From an uncultured Candidatus Saccharibacteria bacterium (lineage in GTDB: Bacteria; Patescibacteriota; Minisyncoccia; Phycocordibacterales; CAIRYW01), in contig CAYUPH010000005.1 of the NCBI GenBank assembly GCA_964446625.1, positions 1,432 to 65,431 on the forward strand: a stretch of 64,000 nt of DNA, read 5' to 3'. Position numbers and translations under genes: made by a program. Positions 36,883 through 45,404 of this stretch are shown here, one piece after another (position 1 is the first letter of the stretch; each line of letters opens with the position of its first letter). The notes beneath the pieces were generated by a model. It was given only the letters and a program-made list of their open reading frames with translations, was not told the origin of the DNA and did no database searches.

Positions 36883-37440
36883 ATGTCTACACTCACAATT
36901 CTCATTGCTGTCCTAGTCCTTGTGGTCCTTTTTGGGATTGTATACTTCAACAAGTTCGTTCGACTCTCGAATCAAGCAAAAGAGGCTTGGTCTGATATAG
37001 AAGTCCAACTTCGAAGACGTTACGATCTTATTCCTAACCTGGTTAGTGCAGTAAAGGGATATATGACTCACGAAGCAGGGACTTTTGAAAAGATTACAGA
37101 AGCGCGAAGTAGAGCAATGCAGGCAGAGAACCCTCATGAAAAAGGGGAAGCGGAAAATATGCTAAGTGGAGCCCTTAAGTCTCTTTTTGCTGTCGCAGAA
37201 AATTATCCAGATTTAAAAGCGAATACAAACTTTCTTGAACTTCAAAGAGAGCTATCAGACACAGAAAACAAAATTCAATCATCAAGGCGTTTCTACAATA
37301 CAACAGTAAGAGACCTAAATATTGCTGTTGAATCTTTCCCTGGAAATGTTCTTGCCAATATCTTTGGGTACAAAAAAATGGATCTCTTTGATTTGCCAGA
37401 CGGAGATGTTGCGCAGAATGTTCCTGAAGTAAAGTTCTAA
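36883..37440 (+). CDS. lemA: LemA family protein
   Basis: AWSDIEVQLRRRYDLIPNLV, AVAENYPDLKANTNFLELQ, RRFYN. Confidence 0.95.
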   Translation: MSTLTILIAVLVLVVLFGIVYFNKFVRLSNQAKEAWSDIEVQLRRRYDLIPNLVSAVKGYMTHEAGTFEKITEARSRAMQAENPHEKGEAENMLSGALKSLFAVAENYPDLKANTNFLELQRELSDTENKIQSSRRFYNTTVRDLNIAVESFPGNVLANIFGYKKMDLFDLPDGDVAQNVPEVKF

Positions 37441-37449
37441 AAGAAAAGT

Positions 37450-39240
37450 ATGGATGCAGTTTCTACTAGTGTATTAGAAACAGATTCTAAAGAAGAAATG
37501 GCTCCGAAGCTTCCGCTTCGGGGCTATTTTTTCTCGGTATCAAATATTGTATTTTGGAGTCTGTTTTTTCTTGGCTTTTTAGGAATCTCCCTTTATGAGG
37601 TACATCGATTTTTTGTTTTTGCTACCACAAAGAGAGTTTACGACGAGGTGTTTGAAATCGAAAAAGATACGCATGGCTGGAATAATCTACTTATCTTTTT
37701 TGAAAAAGGGCTTAGTGAATTTTCATGGTTACCACTCCTTCTTGTTTTTCTTTTCCTTTTGGTTGCTTTTAATGTTTTTTCTGTTCTATTTTTTATTTTA
37801 AACAGAAAAAGAATTGAAGTAAGAAGGAGTGTTGTTTTTGTTCTCATAAACACACTATCATTTTTTATCCTCTCGGGAACTATATCTTCCGCAACAATTA
37901 TTTTGAGTGTTAGTAGAGTAGTAAATTACGAAAAAAGCAATGAAGATAATTTCCTTTTACTTAGGGGTACAGCAATAACTGAAAAGGAAAGTATAAAAAA
38001 GGTACTCGAAGAATCACAGACGCCCATTCATGCATCGAAAGATATTTTTGATATTGAGGGAAGGGAAGATGAGCTTACTTTTGCAGAAAGTTTTGCTATT
38101 CCTTTCTTAAACAAAGAGAAGAGTAGTCAAAATTATTTTCCAAATAACGAGCCCTATGTGTATTTTCCTGGAAAGGGAATATTGGTTCATGACACAGAAA
38201 CTTTTTTAGAAGATTTAGGCTACGAAACAGCAGAGAAATATCTTGCTCAAACTTTTCCTGAATATAAAGCACCGAGAGTCCCATCTTTTGAAGTTGTGAG
38301 TGATGAAGTGTACGAAAAACGTTTTAAGGAAGAAGAAATAAAAAGAATAAAAAAAGTTATTTTTGATCTCCAGAAAGCTTATAGAGAGAATTTAGAAGCA
38401 ATTTCAGAAGCTAAAGAAATTATTGCAAATACACCAGCTAGAATAGCAGAAGAGGATGCTCAATATGCTGAGTATGTTACTAAAGCAGAAAAGGTGTACG
38501 GAGTGTGGTGTGGAAATGGAGAAGTGCGTGATTACTGTACAAAATGGAGTAAGAGTATATCCGAAAATAAAGCTATCGTCGCAGAGAACAGAAGAATTAT
38601 TGCTGAGGATAAAGCAGCCAGTGAGGAGTTAATTCGTCTAGGATCGAGTTACAACAGTCAAATAAAAGAAAATGAAGCTGCATTTAAAAAGGAGCTTTCA
38701 TCACTTGAGACAGGTGGAAGTGGTGATGGTGTGGTTGCTAGTCAAATCAAGAATGCCGTCGGAAACTTTTTTCCTCCCGGTACACTTCTTGTAAGAATCT
38801 TGCCTGAGGATGAAGCAATTTTTAGTGATTATCTCGAAGTTGTAAATCATGAAATTCTTCACTACTACGCATCTCGTTCAAGGCAAGAGGAGACAATGCC
38901 TACTTTTCTAGATGAAGGTCTCACAGAGGCTTTCTCTGATGAGTCACTCGGTTATCCTATTGGAAATTTTAGTCACAGTGCGTATGAAGCTGAGGTTCGT
39001 ATTGTTGCGCTTCTAGCTCAAAAAATGGATCCAGAAACTCTAAAGAATTTATACTTTTCAGGAAACATGACAACTTTTGAAAAAGAATTTAAAAAAGCTT
39101 TTCCCGGAGTCTCTTGGGATGCTTTTCTTCTCTTAGGAGAGAAAATCAATAGTGACACATGGCTTAAAGAAAACAATGATATAGAAAGTTATAGTGAGCT
39201 TGAGAGAATGGAAGAACTACTTCTTAAAGAAGATAGGTAG
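37450..39240 (+). CDS. Membrane protein (3 TM) with a coiled coil and a C-terminal HEXXH zinc-peptidase-like domain
   Basis: VVNHEILHYY followed about 16 aa later by FLDEGLTE (gluzincin-like spacing). Confidence 0.7.
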   Translation: MDAVSTSVLETDSKEEMAPKLPLRGYFFSVSNIVFWSLFFLGFLGISLYEVHRFFVFATTKRVYDEVFEIEKDTHGWNNLLIFFEKGLSEFSWLPLLLVFLFLLVAFNVFSVLFFILNRKRIEVRRSVVFVLINTLSFFILSGTISSATIILSVSRVVNYEKSNEDNFLLLRGTAITEKESIKKVLEESQTPIHASKDIFDIEGREDELTFAESFAIPFLNKEKSSQNYFPNNEPYVYFPGKGILVHDTETFLEDLGYETAEKYLAQTFPEYKAPRVPSFEVVSDEVYEKRFKEEEIKRIKKVIFDLQKAYRENLEAISEAKEIIANTPARIAEEDAQYAEYVTKAEKVYGVWCGNGEVRDYCTKWSKSISENKAIVAENRRIIAEDKAASEELIRLGSSYNSQIKENEAAFKKELSSLETGGSGDGVVASQIKNAVGNFFPPGTLLVRILPEDEAIFSDYLEVVNHEILHYYASRSRQEETMPTFLDEGLTEAFSDESLGYPIGNFSHSAYEAEVRIVALLAQKMDPETLKNLYFSGNMTTFEKEFKKAFPGVSWDAFLLLGEKINSDTWLKENNDIESYSELERMEELLLKEDR

Positions 39241-39290
39241 CAGAAGAAGCCTCGTTTTGGTATAATTTGGTTCTAAAAAAGTCATATTAT

Positions 39291-40202
39291 ATGAAAAGCC
39301 TCTACACTCACCAAAGCGAAAACAACTTTAAAACACTTCTCCTTATGGGACTATTCCTTAGTTTTTTTGTTTTGCTCGGATACACTGCAAGCTATAAAAC
39401 TGGCGACCCAGCGCTCCTTTACGGTGCAATAATTTTTAGTGTCATTATGAATATTGGTAGTTACTGGTTTTCGGACAAAGTAGCACTTGCGATAAATGGG
39501 GCAAAAGAAGCAGATAGTAAAGAGTATCTTGAACTCCATCGAATAGTTGAGAATCTAGCTATAACAGCAGGTCTTCCAAAACCAAGGGTTTATATTATTA
39601 ATGATCCAGCTCCTAACGCGTTTGCAACGGGAAGAAATAAAGAGCACGCAGCTGTAGCGTTTACAACTGGAATTTTAAAAATCCTAGATCGCAGTGAACT
39701 TGAAGGAGTGGTTGCTCACGAACTATCGCATATTGGAAACAAAGATATTCTTCTTCAGAGTATTGTAGCAGTTTTGGTAGGGTCGGTTGCAATTCTCTCA
39801 GATTGGTTTATTCGCATTTCTTTTCATAAAGGAGACAATGATAACAAAAATCCTATTCTTCTCCTTCTAGGAACAGCACTCCTTATTCTTTCACCGTTTA
39901 TTGCAACACTTATCCAGCTCGCAATTTCAAGAAAAAGAGAATTTCTTGCAGATGCCACAGGTGCACTCCTTACACGATACCCCGAAGGCCTTGCGGGCGC
40001 ACTCCACAAAATTTCTGATTATAGCGCCCCAATGCAGAAAACAAATAAGGCAACGGCGCATATGTTTATTGCAACTCCGCTTGGGGGAGATGCGAATAAT
40101 GACGGTGTTCCAGATAAGACTCAAAAAGTGTCTTTCTTTACAAAAATCTTTATGACGCATCCTCCAATTGACGAGAGGATTAATGCGCTCCTCGGAAAAT
40201 AA
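39291..40202 (+). CDS. htpX: M48 zinc metalloprotease HtpX
   Basis: PNAFATGR, GVVAHELSHI, ISRKREFLADA, THPPIDERI. Confidence 0.95.
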   Translation: MKSLYTHQSENNFKTLLLMGLFLSFFVLLGYTASYKTGDPALLYGAIIFSVIMNIGSYWFSDKVALAINGAKEADSKEYLELHRIVENLAITAGLPKPRVYIINDPAPNAFATGRNKEHAAVAFTTGILKILDRSELEGVVAHELSHIGNKDILLQSIVAVLVGSVAILSDWFIRISFHKGDNDNKNPILLLLGTALLILSPFIATLIQLAISRKREFLADATGALLTRYPEGLAGALHKISDYSAPMQKTNKATAHMFIATPLGGDANNDGVPDKTQKVSFFTKIFMTHPPIDERINALLGK

Positions 40203-40205
40203 TAT

Positions 40206-40796
40206 ATGTCACCGAAACATATTCCACTAGAAGACTTAAAAAAAGATATAAGTTTTAAAGCTACTCTTCTGGGTGAAAATTTATCTTTTAAAACAACCTG
40301 GGGACTTTTTTCTCCAGAGAAAATTGATGAAGGAACTTATGCGCTCCTTAGCGCGCTCGACATAGAAGGCTTTGAAGACATTTTAGATCTAGGATGTGGA
40401 TACGGTCCTATTGGTATTGCACTTGCTAAAAAAACCAAAGGTCAGGTCCATATGGTGGACAAAGACTTTGTTGCAGTAGAGTATGCAGAAAAGAATGCTG
40501 AAGAAAATAATGCAATGAATGCTCGTAGTTATCTTTCAAATGGTTTGTCTCATGTACCAAAAGATATGAAGTTTGATCTCATTGTCTCAAACCTGCCTGC
40601 AAAAGTTTCAAAAGAATTTTTTTGGATACTTTTTGGGGATATGAAAAACCATTTAAAATCAGGAGGAAAGATTGTTGTTGTCACGATTGCAGGACTAGAG
40701 TTCTTTGTAAAGAAAAATTTTGAGTCGATTTTTGGTAATTATAAGCTTATTAAAAGCACACATGGTTATTTTGTTGCTCTAGCAGAAAACAGATAA
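40206..40796 (+). CDS. Class I SAM methyltransferase, RsmC/YbxB-like
   Basis: GLFSPEKIDEGT, LDLGCGYGPIG, FDLIVSNLPA. Confidence 0.88.
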   Translation: MSPKHIPLEDLKKDISFKATLLGENLSFKTTWGLFSPEKIDEGTYALLSALDIEGFEDILDLGCGYGPIGIALAKKTKGQVHMVDKDFVAVEYAEKNAEENNAMNARSYLSNGLSHVPKDMKFDLIVSNLPAKVSKEFFWILFGDMKNHLKSGGKIVVVTIAGLEFFVKKNFESIFGNYKLIKSTHGYFVALAENR

Positions 40797-40815
40797 GCCC
40801 TGGTATAATATTTAT

Positions 40816-41634
40816 ATGATAATTTCAAAAACACAAAAAATATGGGCGAGTGTTTTCTTTGGTGTTGTCTACCTTGGAATGTCCCTTACTCTTTTTATTC
40901 AAAGTGCGTGGAAACCAAGCGCCGAAAATCTCCTCATGTTTCATTTTATTTTCGTTCTTTTCATTGGTTACCTTGCAGGAATGTGGATTGCTTTCTATAC
41001 AATCCCACAAACAACACTGCAAAGTAAAGTAGGAAAATCACTTCTTTTTCTTGGGCTGGGAAATCTTACAATGGGAGCGGGGTTCATTGCATGGTTTATT
41101 ATGGAGATTTTTATGGGAATTGAAGATCTTTATCCTTCGATTGCAGATGTCTTTTATGTTCTTTTTGTACCCTTTGTTATTATTGGTCTCATTTATCTCC
41201 TTCGCATCTATTCTTTGGACATTACCCCGAGAAAAATTGTCCGTGCAGCGGTTACAACAATCGTGGCTTGTGCGCTTACTTATCTCTTTGCGCACGTTAC
41301 GATTCCTGCATTTCAAAGTGCTGAAAATTTCGGAAAATATGTTTTCGACTTTTTTTACGCAATCACTGATATGGTCTTTGTTGGTATGATCGTGTTTGTT
41401 ATTTCTCTTTCAGGTGGGCGAATTTACAAAGGGCTTTGGGTTTACCTTGCAGGACTAGTCCTCAGTATTATCGCAGATTTTCTTTTCTTTTACAGAGAAG
41501 ACTTGGGAGTGCATCATATTGCCGATGTAGCAGATGACTTTTATCTTCTGTCGGGTTGCGCTCTTACCCTTGGTATTTGGTATATTGCACAAAGTTTCTC
41601 TCAAAATATAACTGACAAGTCAGATGTTTCTTAA
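40816..41634 (+). CDS. Polytopic (7-8 TM) membrane protein, possible sensor partner of the downstream kinase
   Basis: Hydrophobic throughout; YPSIADVFY and IADFLF motifs; overlaps the kinase start. Confidence 0.75.
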   Translation: MIISKTQKIWASVFFGVVYLGMSLTLFIQSAWKPSAENLLMFHFIFVLFIGYLAGMWIAFYTIPQTTLQSKVGKSLLFLGLGNLTMGAGFIAWFIMEIFMGIEDLYPSIADVFYVLFVPFVIIGLIYLLRIYSLDITPRKIVRAAVTTIVACALTYLFAHVTIPAFQSAENFGKYVFDFFYAITDMVFVGMIVFVISLSGGRIYKGLWVYLAGLVLSIIADFLFFYREDLGVHHIADVADDFYLLSGCALTLGIWYIAQSFSQNITDKSDVS

Positions 41635-43183
41635 CCGTTTTTTTGATTTAGTTATAGGTAAAAAACAAAGTTTTGATGAAGAAGTTTTAAAACTTTTTAC
41701 CGCTCTTGCATCCCTTACTCAAGAGAAGGGGGTTCGTGAAGATTTCCTTTATAAGCAAAAAAGTGCAGGATATACAAAAGATCCGCTCGGTAGCGCAGTT
41801 CGGCTTTACCTAGACTGGGAAGGATACTTGCAAGACAAGCGAGACTCGGTTTTAAGTACAGAGGATAGTGAAAAAAAATCAATCAGAAGTGAAATAGAAA
41901 AACAGATTGATATCCAAAAGCTTCCTATCGAATTTCAAAGCATTTTTAGAGACAGAGATTTGCAAAAGTTCTACCTCGCAGAAGTTTTCCTAAAATCTGT
42001 TTTTATATATGTCTCTGAAAATCTTGGACTTGTGACAACTCGCTCGATACTAAACTCGATACTAGAGGGGACATCAACACCGATTACTGTTTCAGAAACC
42101 GGGTTCGACTTCTCGAAATTAAACGAAGAACTTCTTTCAAGCGGAACAAGCTATTCGCTTGAAAAACATTTTTCTACTTTTAAAGTTTTTCTTGAGGTTA
42201 TTTCAGAGGAGCTTGAAACCTCGCTTGGAAAAGATATTACAAAAGAGCTTTTTAGTCGTATCTACATTTCGATGCAGAAAATGTACGATGTGGAACTAGT
42301 TTCAAAAATCCTACCTTTTCTTCCAGACAGGCTCCTCAGTATGGATGAATGGCTTTCAATGCTTTCAAAAACTGAACTTGAAAACAGAGTAAGGGAAAAA
42401 ACCAAAGAACTGGAAGGTCTCAACAAAGAATTGGAACAAAGGGTAGCTGAACGAACCGAAGAACTAAAAAAAGCTTTCGAGGATTTGCAGGAACTAGACC
42501 GACGAAAATCTGAATTTATCTTTTTGGTGGGACACCAAATGCGAACTCCAATTGTTGCTGTAAAATGGGCGCTTAGAACCCTTCGAGATGGTGATGCCGG
42601 AGAGCTTCCGGCAAAAGCTCTTTCTATCATTACAGAAGCATACAGAGCTAATGAGTCAATGAATAGAACAGTGAATGAGATTCTTCTTGCAGACGACATA
42701 ATAAACAACAAAATTAAGTTTGAAATCGAAAAAACCGCCATAAATGATATAATCGAAAGAGTTATTGAGGAGAGTAAGGATGAAATTGCGGCTCGAGAGG
42801 TAATGGTGAACTTTACTGCAAAAGACAAGGTTTTCGTTCAAATCGACAAGGTGAAAGCTCCTGTTGTTTTTGCTGCTCTACTCGATAATGCGATTCGTTA
42901 TTCTTCTCCGCAGTCGATTATTACAATTTCTCTCAAGGAAGAAAAAGATATAGTCACAGTCTATATAGAAGACAAAGGTATTGGAATTCCAAAAGAAGTA
43001 TTTGAAAGAATTGGGGAAAGATTCTTTAGGGCAGATAATGCGCTCCGTCAAAATACTTACGGATCTGGGCTTGGAATTTATATCACAAAAAAAGTAATAG
43101 AAGGGGTATCGGGAACACTTCAGATTCAAAGCGAAGAAGGAAAAGGAACAAAAGTAATTATTACTCTAAAAAAAGCACAATGA
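41624..43183 (+). CDS. Soluble sensor histidine kinase
   Basis: S-helix LEQRVAERTEEL, H-box HQMRTP, N-box LLDNAIRYS, DKGIGIP, FFRA, GSGLGIYI. No TM segment. Confidence 0.92.
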   Translation: MFLNRFFDLVIGKKQSFDEEVLKLFTALASLTQEKGVREDFLYKQKSAGYTKDPLGSAVRLYLDWEGYLQDKRDSVLSTEDSEKKSIRSEIEKQIDIQKLPIEFQSIFRDRDLQKFYLAEVFLKSVFIYVSENLGLVTTRSILNSILEGTSTPITVSETGFDFSKLNEELLSSGTSYSLEKHFSTFKVFLEVISEELETSLGKDITKELFSRIYISMQKMYDVELVSKILPFLPDRLLSMDEWLSMLSKTELENRVREKTKELEGLNKELEQRVAERTEELKKAFEDLQELDRRKSEFIFLVGHQMRTPIVAVKWALRTLRDGDAGELPAKALSIITEAYRANESMNRTVNEILLADDIINNKIKFEIEKTAINDIIERVIEESKDEIAAREVMVNFTAKDKVFVQIDKVKAPVVFAALLDNAIRYSSPQSIITISLKEEKDIVTVYIEDKGIGIPKEVFERIGERFFRADNALRQNTYGSGLGIYITKKVIEGVSGTLQIQSEEGKGTKVIITLKKAQ

Positions 43184-43791
43184 AGACACTTATAGTAACA
43201 GCGCATCCATCAAGCCAAGGTTTTACACACGCGATTGCAGGAGTTATAAAAGAGGAAAGAGAAAAAAAAAGTGGGGAAGTAGAGATTCTCGACTTGTACA
43301 AGACAGAACATAAACAAGATTTTCTGCGGTTTGAAAATATAAAGGAACTTCCAAAAGATCCAGTGCGCGATGCAATTCAAGCAAAAATTTCTGGATCTGA
43401 TGAAATCATTTTTATTCACCCAGTATGGTGGATTTCAATGCCAGCGATTATGAAAAACTTTCTTGATCAAAACCTCACTTCACATTTTGCATATCAGTAT
43501 ATAAACGGAAAACGCCATGGACTTCTTCGAGGAAAGACGACAAGGGTATATGTAACTTGTGATATGCCACTCTGGCTTTATGCTCTTTTAGGATTTCCAT
43601 TTGTTCCGACATGGGTGGTTGGAGTGCTTATTTATTGTGGTCTTGAGGTAAAGAATTTTTCTATCTTTCGTATGATGAATCATCGAACTCCAGAGGGGCT
43701 AAAAGCTCACTTGGATAGAGTAAGGCGAGATATTGATAAAGAACCACTTTGGCTAAAATTTGTAAACTTTTGGGGAAGTAGAGTTCAATAG
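43180..43791 (+). CDS. Flavodoxin-fold NAD(P)H dehydrogenase (quinone)
   Basis: AHPSSQGFTHAI, PVWWISMPAIMKNFLD, GLLRGK. Confidence 0.9.
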   Translation: MKTLIVTAHPSSQGFTHAIAGVIKEEREKKSGEVEILDLYKTEHKQDFLRFENIKELPKDPVRDAIQAKISGSDEIIFIHPVWWISMPAIMKNFLDQNLTSHFAYQYINGKRHGLLRGKTTRVYVTCDMPLWLYALLGFPFVPTWVVGVLIYCGLEVKNFSIFRMMNHRTPEGLKAHLDRVRRDIDKEPLWLKFVNFWGSRVQ

Positions 43792-43792
43792 T

Positions 43793-44179
43793 ATGAAAAG
43801 CGATGATGAACTAAAAAAAGAAAATCCGGAGCTTTTTAAGGTTGCAAGAGGCGGAGGAACTGAGGCGCCTTTTAGTGGAAAGCTACTTCATTCAAACGAG
43901 AAGGGTACGTATAATTGCGCTGTGTGCGGAAATCCACTTTTCAAAAGTACAGCAAAATTTGATTCTGGAACAGGATGGCCATCTTTTGATGAAGCTCTTC
44001 CGGGTGCGGTAAAAGAAGAGCTAGACAATAGTTATGGAATGGTTCGTACAGAAACGCTTTGCGCAAAATGTGGAGCACACCTCGGGCACTTATTTCCAGA
44101 TGGTCCCACAAAAACGGGAATGCGTTATTGTATGAATTCTGTATGCCTCGATTTAGAAAAAGATGGTAACGAAAACTAA
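43793..44179 (+). CDS. msrB: Peptide methionine-(R)-sulfoxide reductase
   Basis: GTEAPF, CAVC, KFDSGTGWPSF, RTE, CAKC..HLGHLFPDGP, RYCMNS. Confidence 0.96.
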   Translation: MKSDDELKKENPELFKVARGGGTEAPFSGKLLHSNEKGTYNCAVCGNPLFKSTAKFDSGTGWPSFDEALPGAVKEELDNSYGMVRTETLCAKCGAHLGHLFPDGPTKTGMRYCMNSVCLDLEKDGNEN

Positions 44180-44987
44180 AGGAAAAATTGGAGTTTTTGA
44201 TTCAGGTTTTGGGGGGCTCGCAATTCTAAAAGAAATTGTGAAGGAATTACCTTCTTATGATTTTATTTACCTAGGGGACAGTGCGCGAGCTCCGTACGGT
44301 GGCAGAGGAGAAAAAACAATTTATAATTTTACAAAAAAAGGAGTCGAGTTTCTTTTTAGAGAAGGAGCCTCTCTTGTTATCCTTGCCTGTAACACAGCTT
44401 CGAGCGAAGCGCTCCGTAAGATTCAAGCTGATCTAAAAAAAGATAAAGTCACAGACAAAAACGTCCTCGGAGTTGTGATACCTGGAGCAGAAGAAGCTGC
44501 GAGTAAAACAAAAACAGGTGCAATAGGTGTACTGGCAACAGAGGCAACTGTCCGCTCAAAAGCTTTTGAAAGAGAGATCAAAAAAATTTTCCCAAGTGCA
44601 AAAGTTATTCAAAAGAAAGCACCTCTTCTTGTGCCACTTATTGAAGCAGGCGAAGATAAAAGTCAGAGCGCTAATCTTCTTACAGAAAAATATGTAAAAA
44701 GCGTTCTGCAAAAAAAAGTAGATACTCTTATTTTAGGGTGCACTCACTACGGGCTTATTGAAAATATGATAAAGAAGTATACAGCGGGCGTTACTGTAAT
44801 TTCTGAAGGGAAAATTGTTGCGAAGAAACTCGCTGGTTACTTAAAAAGACACAGTGAGTACAGAGCGCTTTTGTCCCAAGGTGGTAAAAGAGAATTTTTC
44901 ACAACAGACGATTCTGCAGACTTTGATTTACACGGAAGCAGGTTCTATGGAAAAAAAATAAAATCAAAGAAAGTCTCTCTAGACTAG
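44163..44987 (+). CDS. murI: Glutamate racemase
   Basis: GVFDSGFGGL, PYG, ACNTAS, LILGCTHY. Confidence 0.96.
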   Translation: MVTKTKGKIGVFDSGFGGLAILKEIVKELPSYDFIYLGDSARAPYGGRGEKTIYNFTKKGVEFLFREGASLVILACNTASSEALRKIQADLKKDKVTDKNVLGVVIPGAEEAASKTKTGAIGVLATEATVRSKAFEREIKKIFPSAKVIQKKAPLLVPLIEAGEDKSQSANLLTEKYVKSVLQKKVDTLILGCTHYGLIENMIKKYTAGVTVISEGKIVAKKLAGYLKRHSEYRALLSQGGKREFFTTDDSADFDLHGSRFYGKKIKSKKVSLD

Positions 44988-45014
44988 GCTTTTTATATGT
45001 GGTAAAATGTGTGG

Positions 45015-45334
45015 GTACACAGATAGTCGCGCAAAGCATTGCTTTGTGAGGAAAGTCCGAACACATAGCCTTTTAAGTAAGGCAAGGTAGCGGGTAACTC
45101 CCGCCTGGAGTAATCTTAGAGGTGCGAACAGAGACGCTTTCTTTTGAAAAGAAGGAAGCACCCGTAAGGGTGAGCTTTTGTGGAAACACAAGAGGTGCAA
45201 CGGCTAAATCCTTACCCATGTGCAAGGCCGTGTCCGCCATGTGCGGAAGTGCCGCTAGAGGTGTTTGGCAACAAGCATCCCAGATAAATGACTATCGTCC
45301 ACTTTGTGGATACAGAATTCGGCTTATCGTGTGC
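45015..45334 (+). ncRNA. rnpB: RNase P RNA
   Basis: GAGGAAAGTCC (P4 5' strand), ACAGAGA, AGATAAATGACT, ACAGAATTCGGCTTAT (P4 3' strand). P1 gtacac/gtgtgc. TG-TAAAAT-type promoter upstream and terminator downstream. Confidence 0.93.
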
Positions 45335-45343
45335 AATATCGAA

Positions 45344-45370
45344 GACACCGGGAAACCCCCGGTGTTTTTG
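45344..45370 (+). terminator. Terminator after rnpB
   Basis: gacaccggg-aaacc-cccggtgtt followed by a T-run. Confidence 0.85.
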
Positions 45371-45404
45371 TGCCTCTAGGACGTAAAAAGTGTATAATTT
45401 AAGA

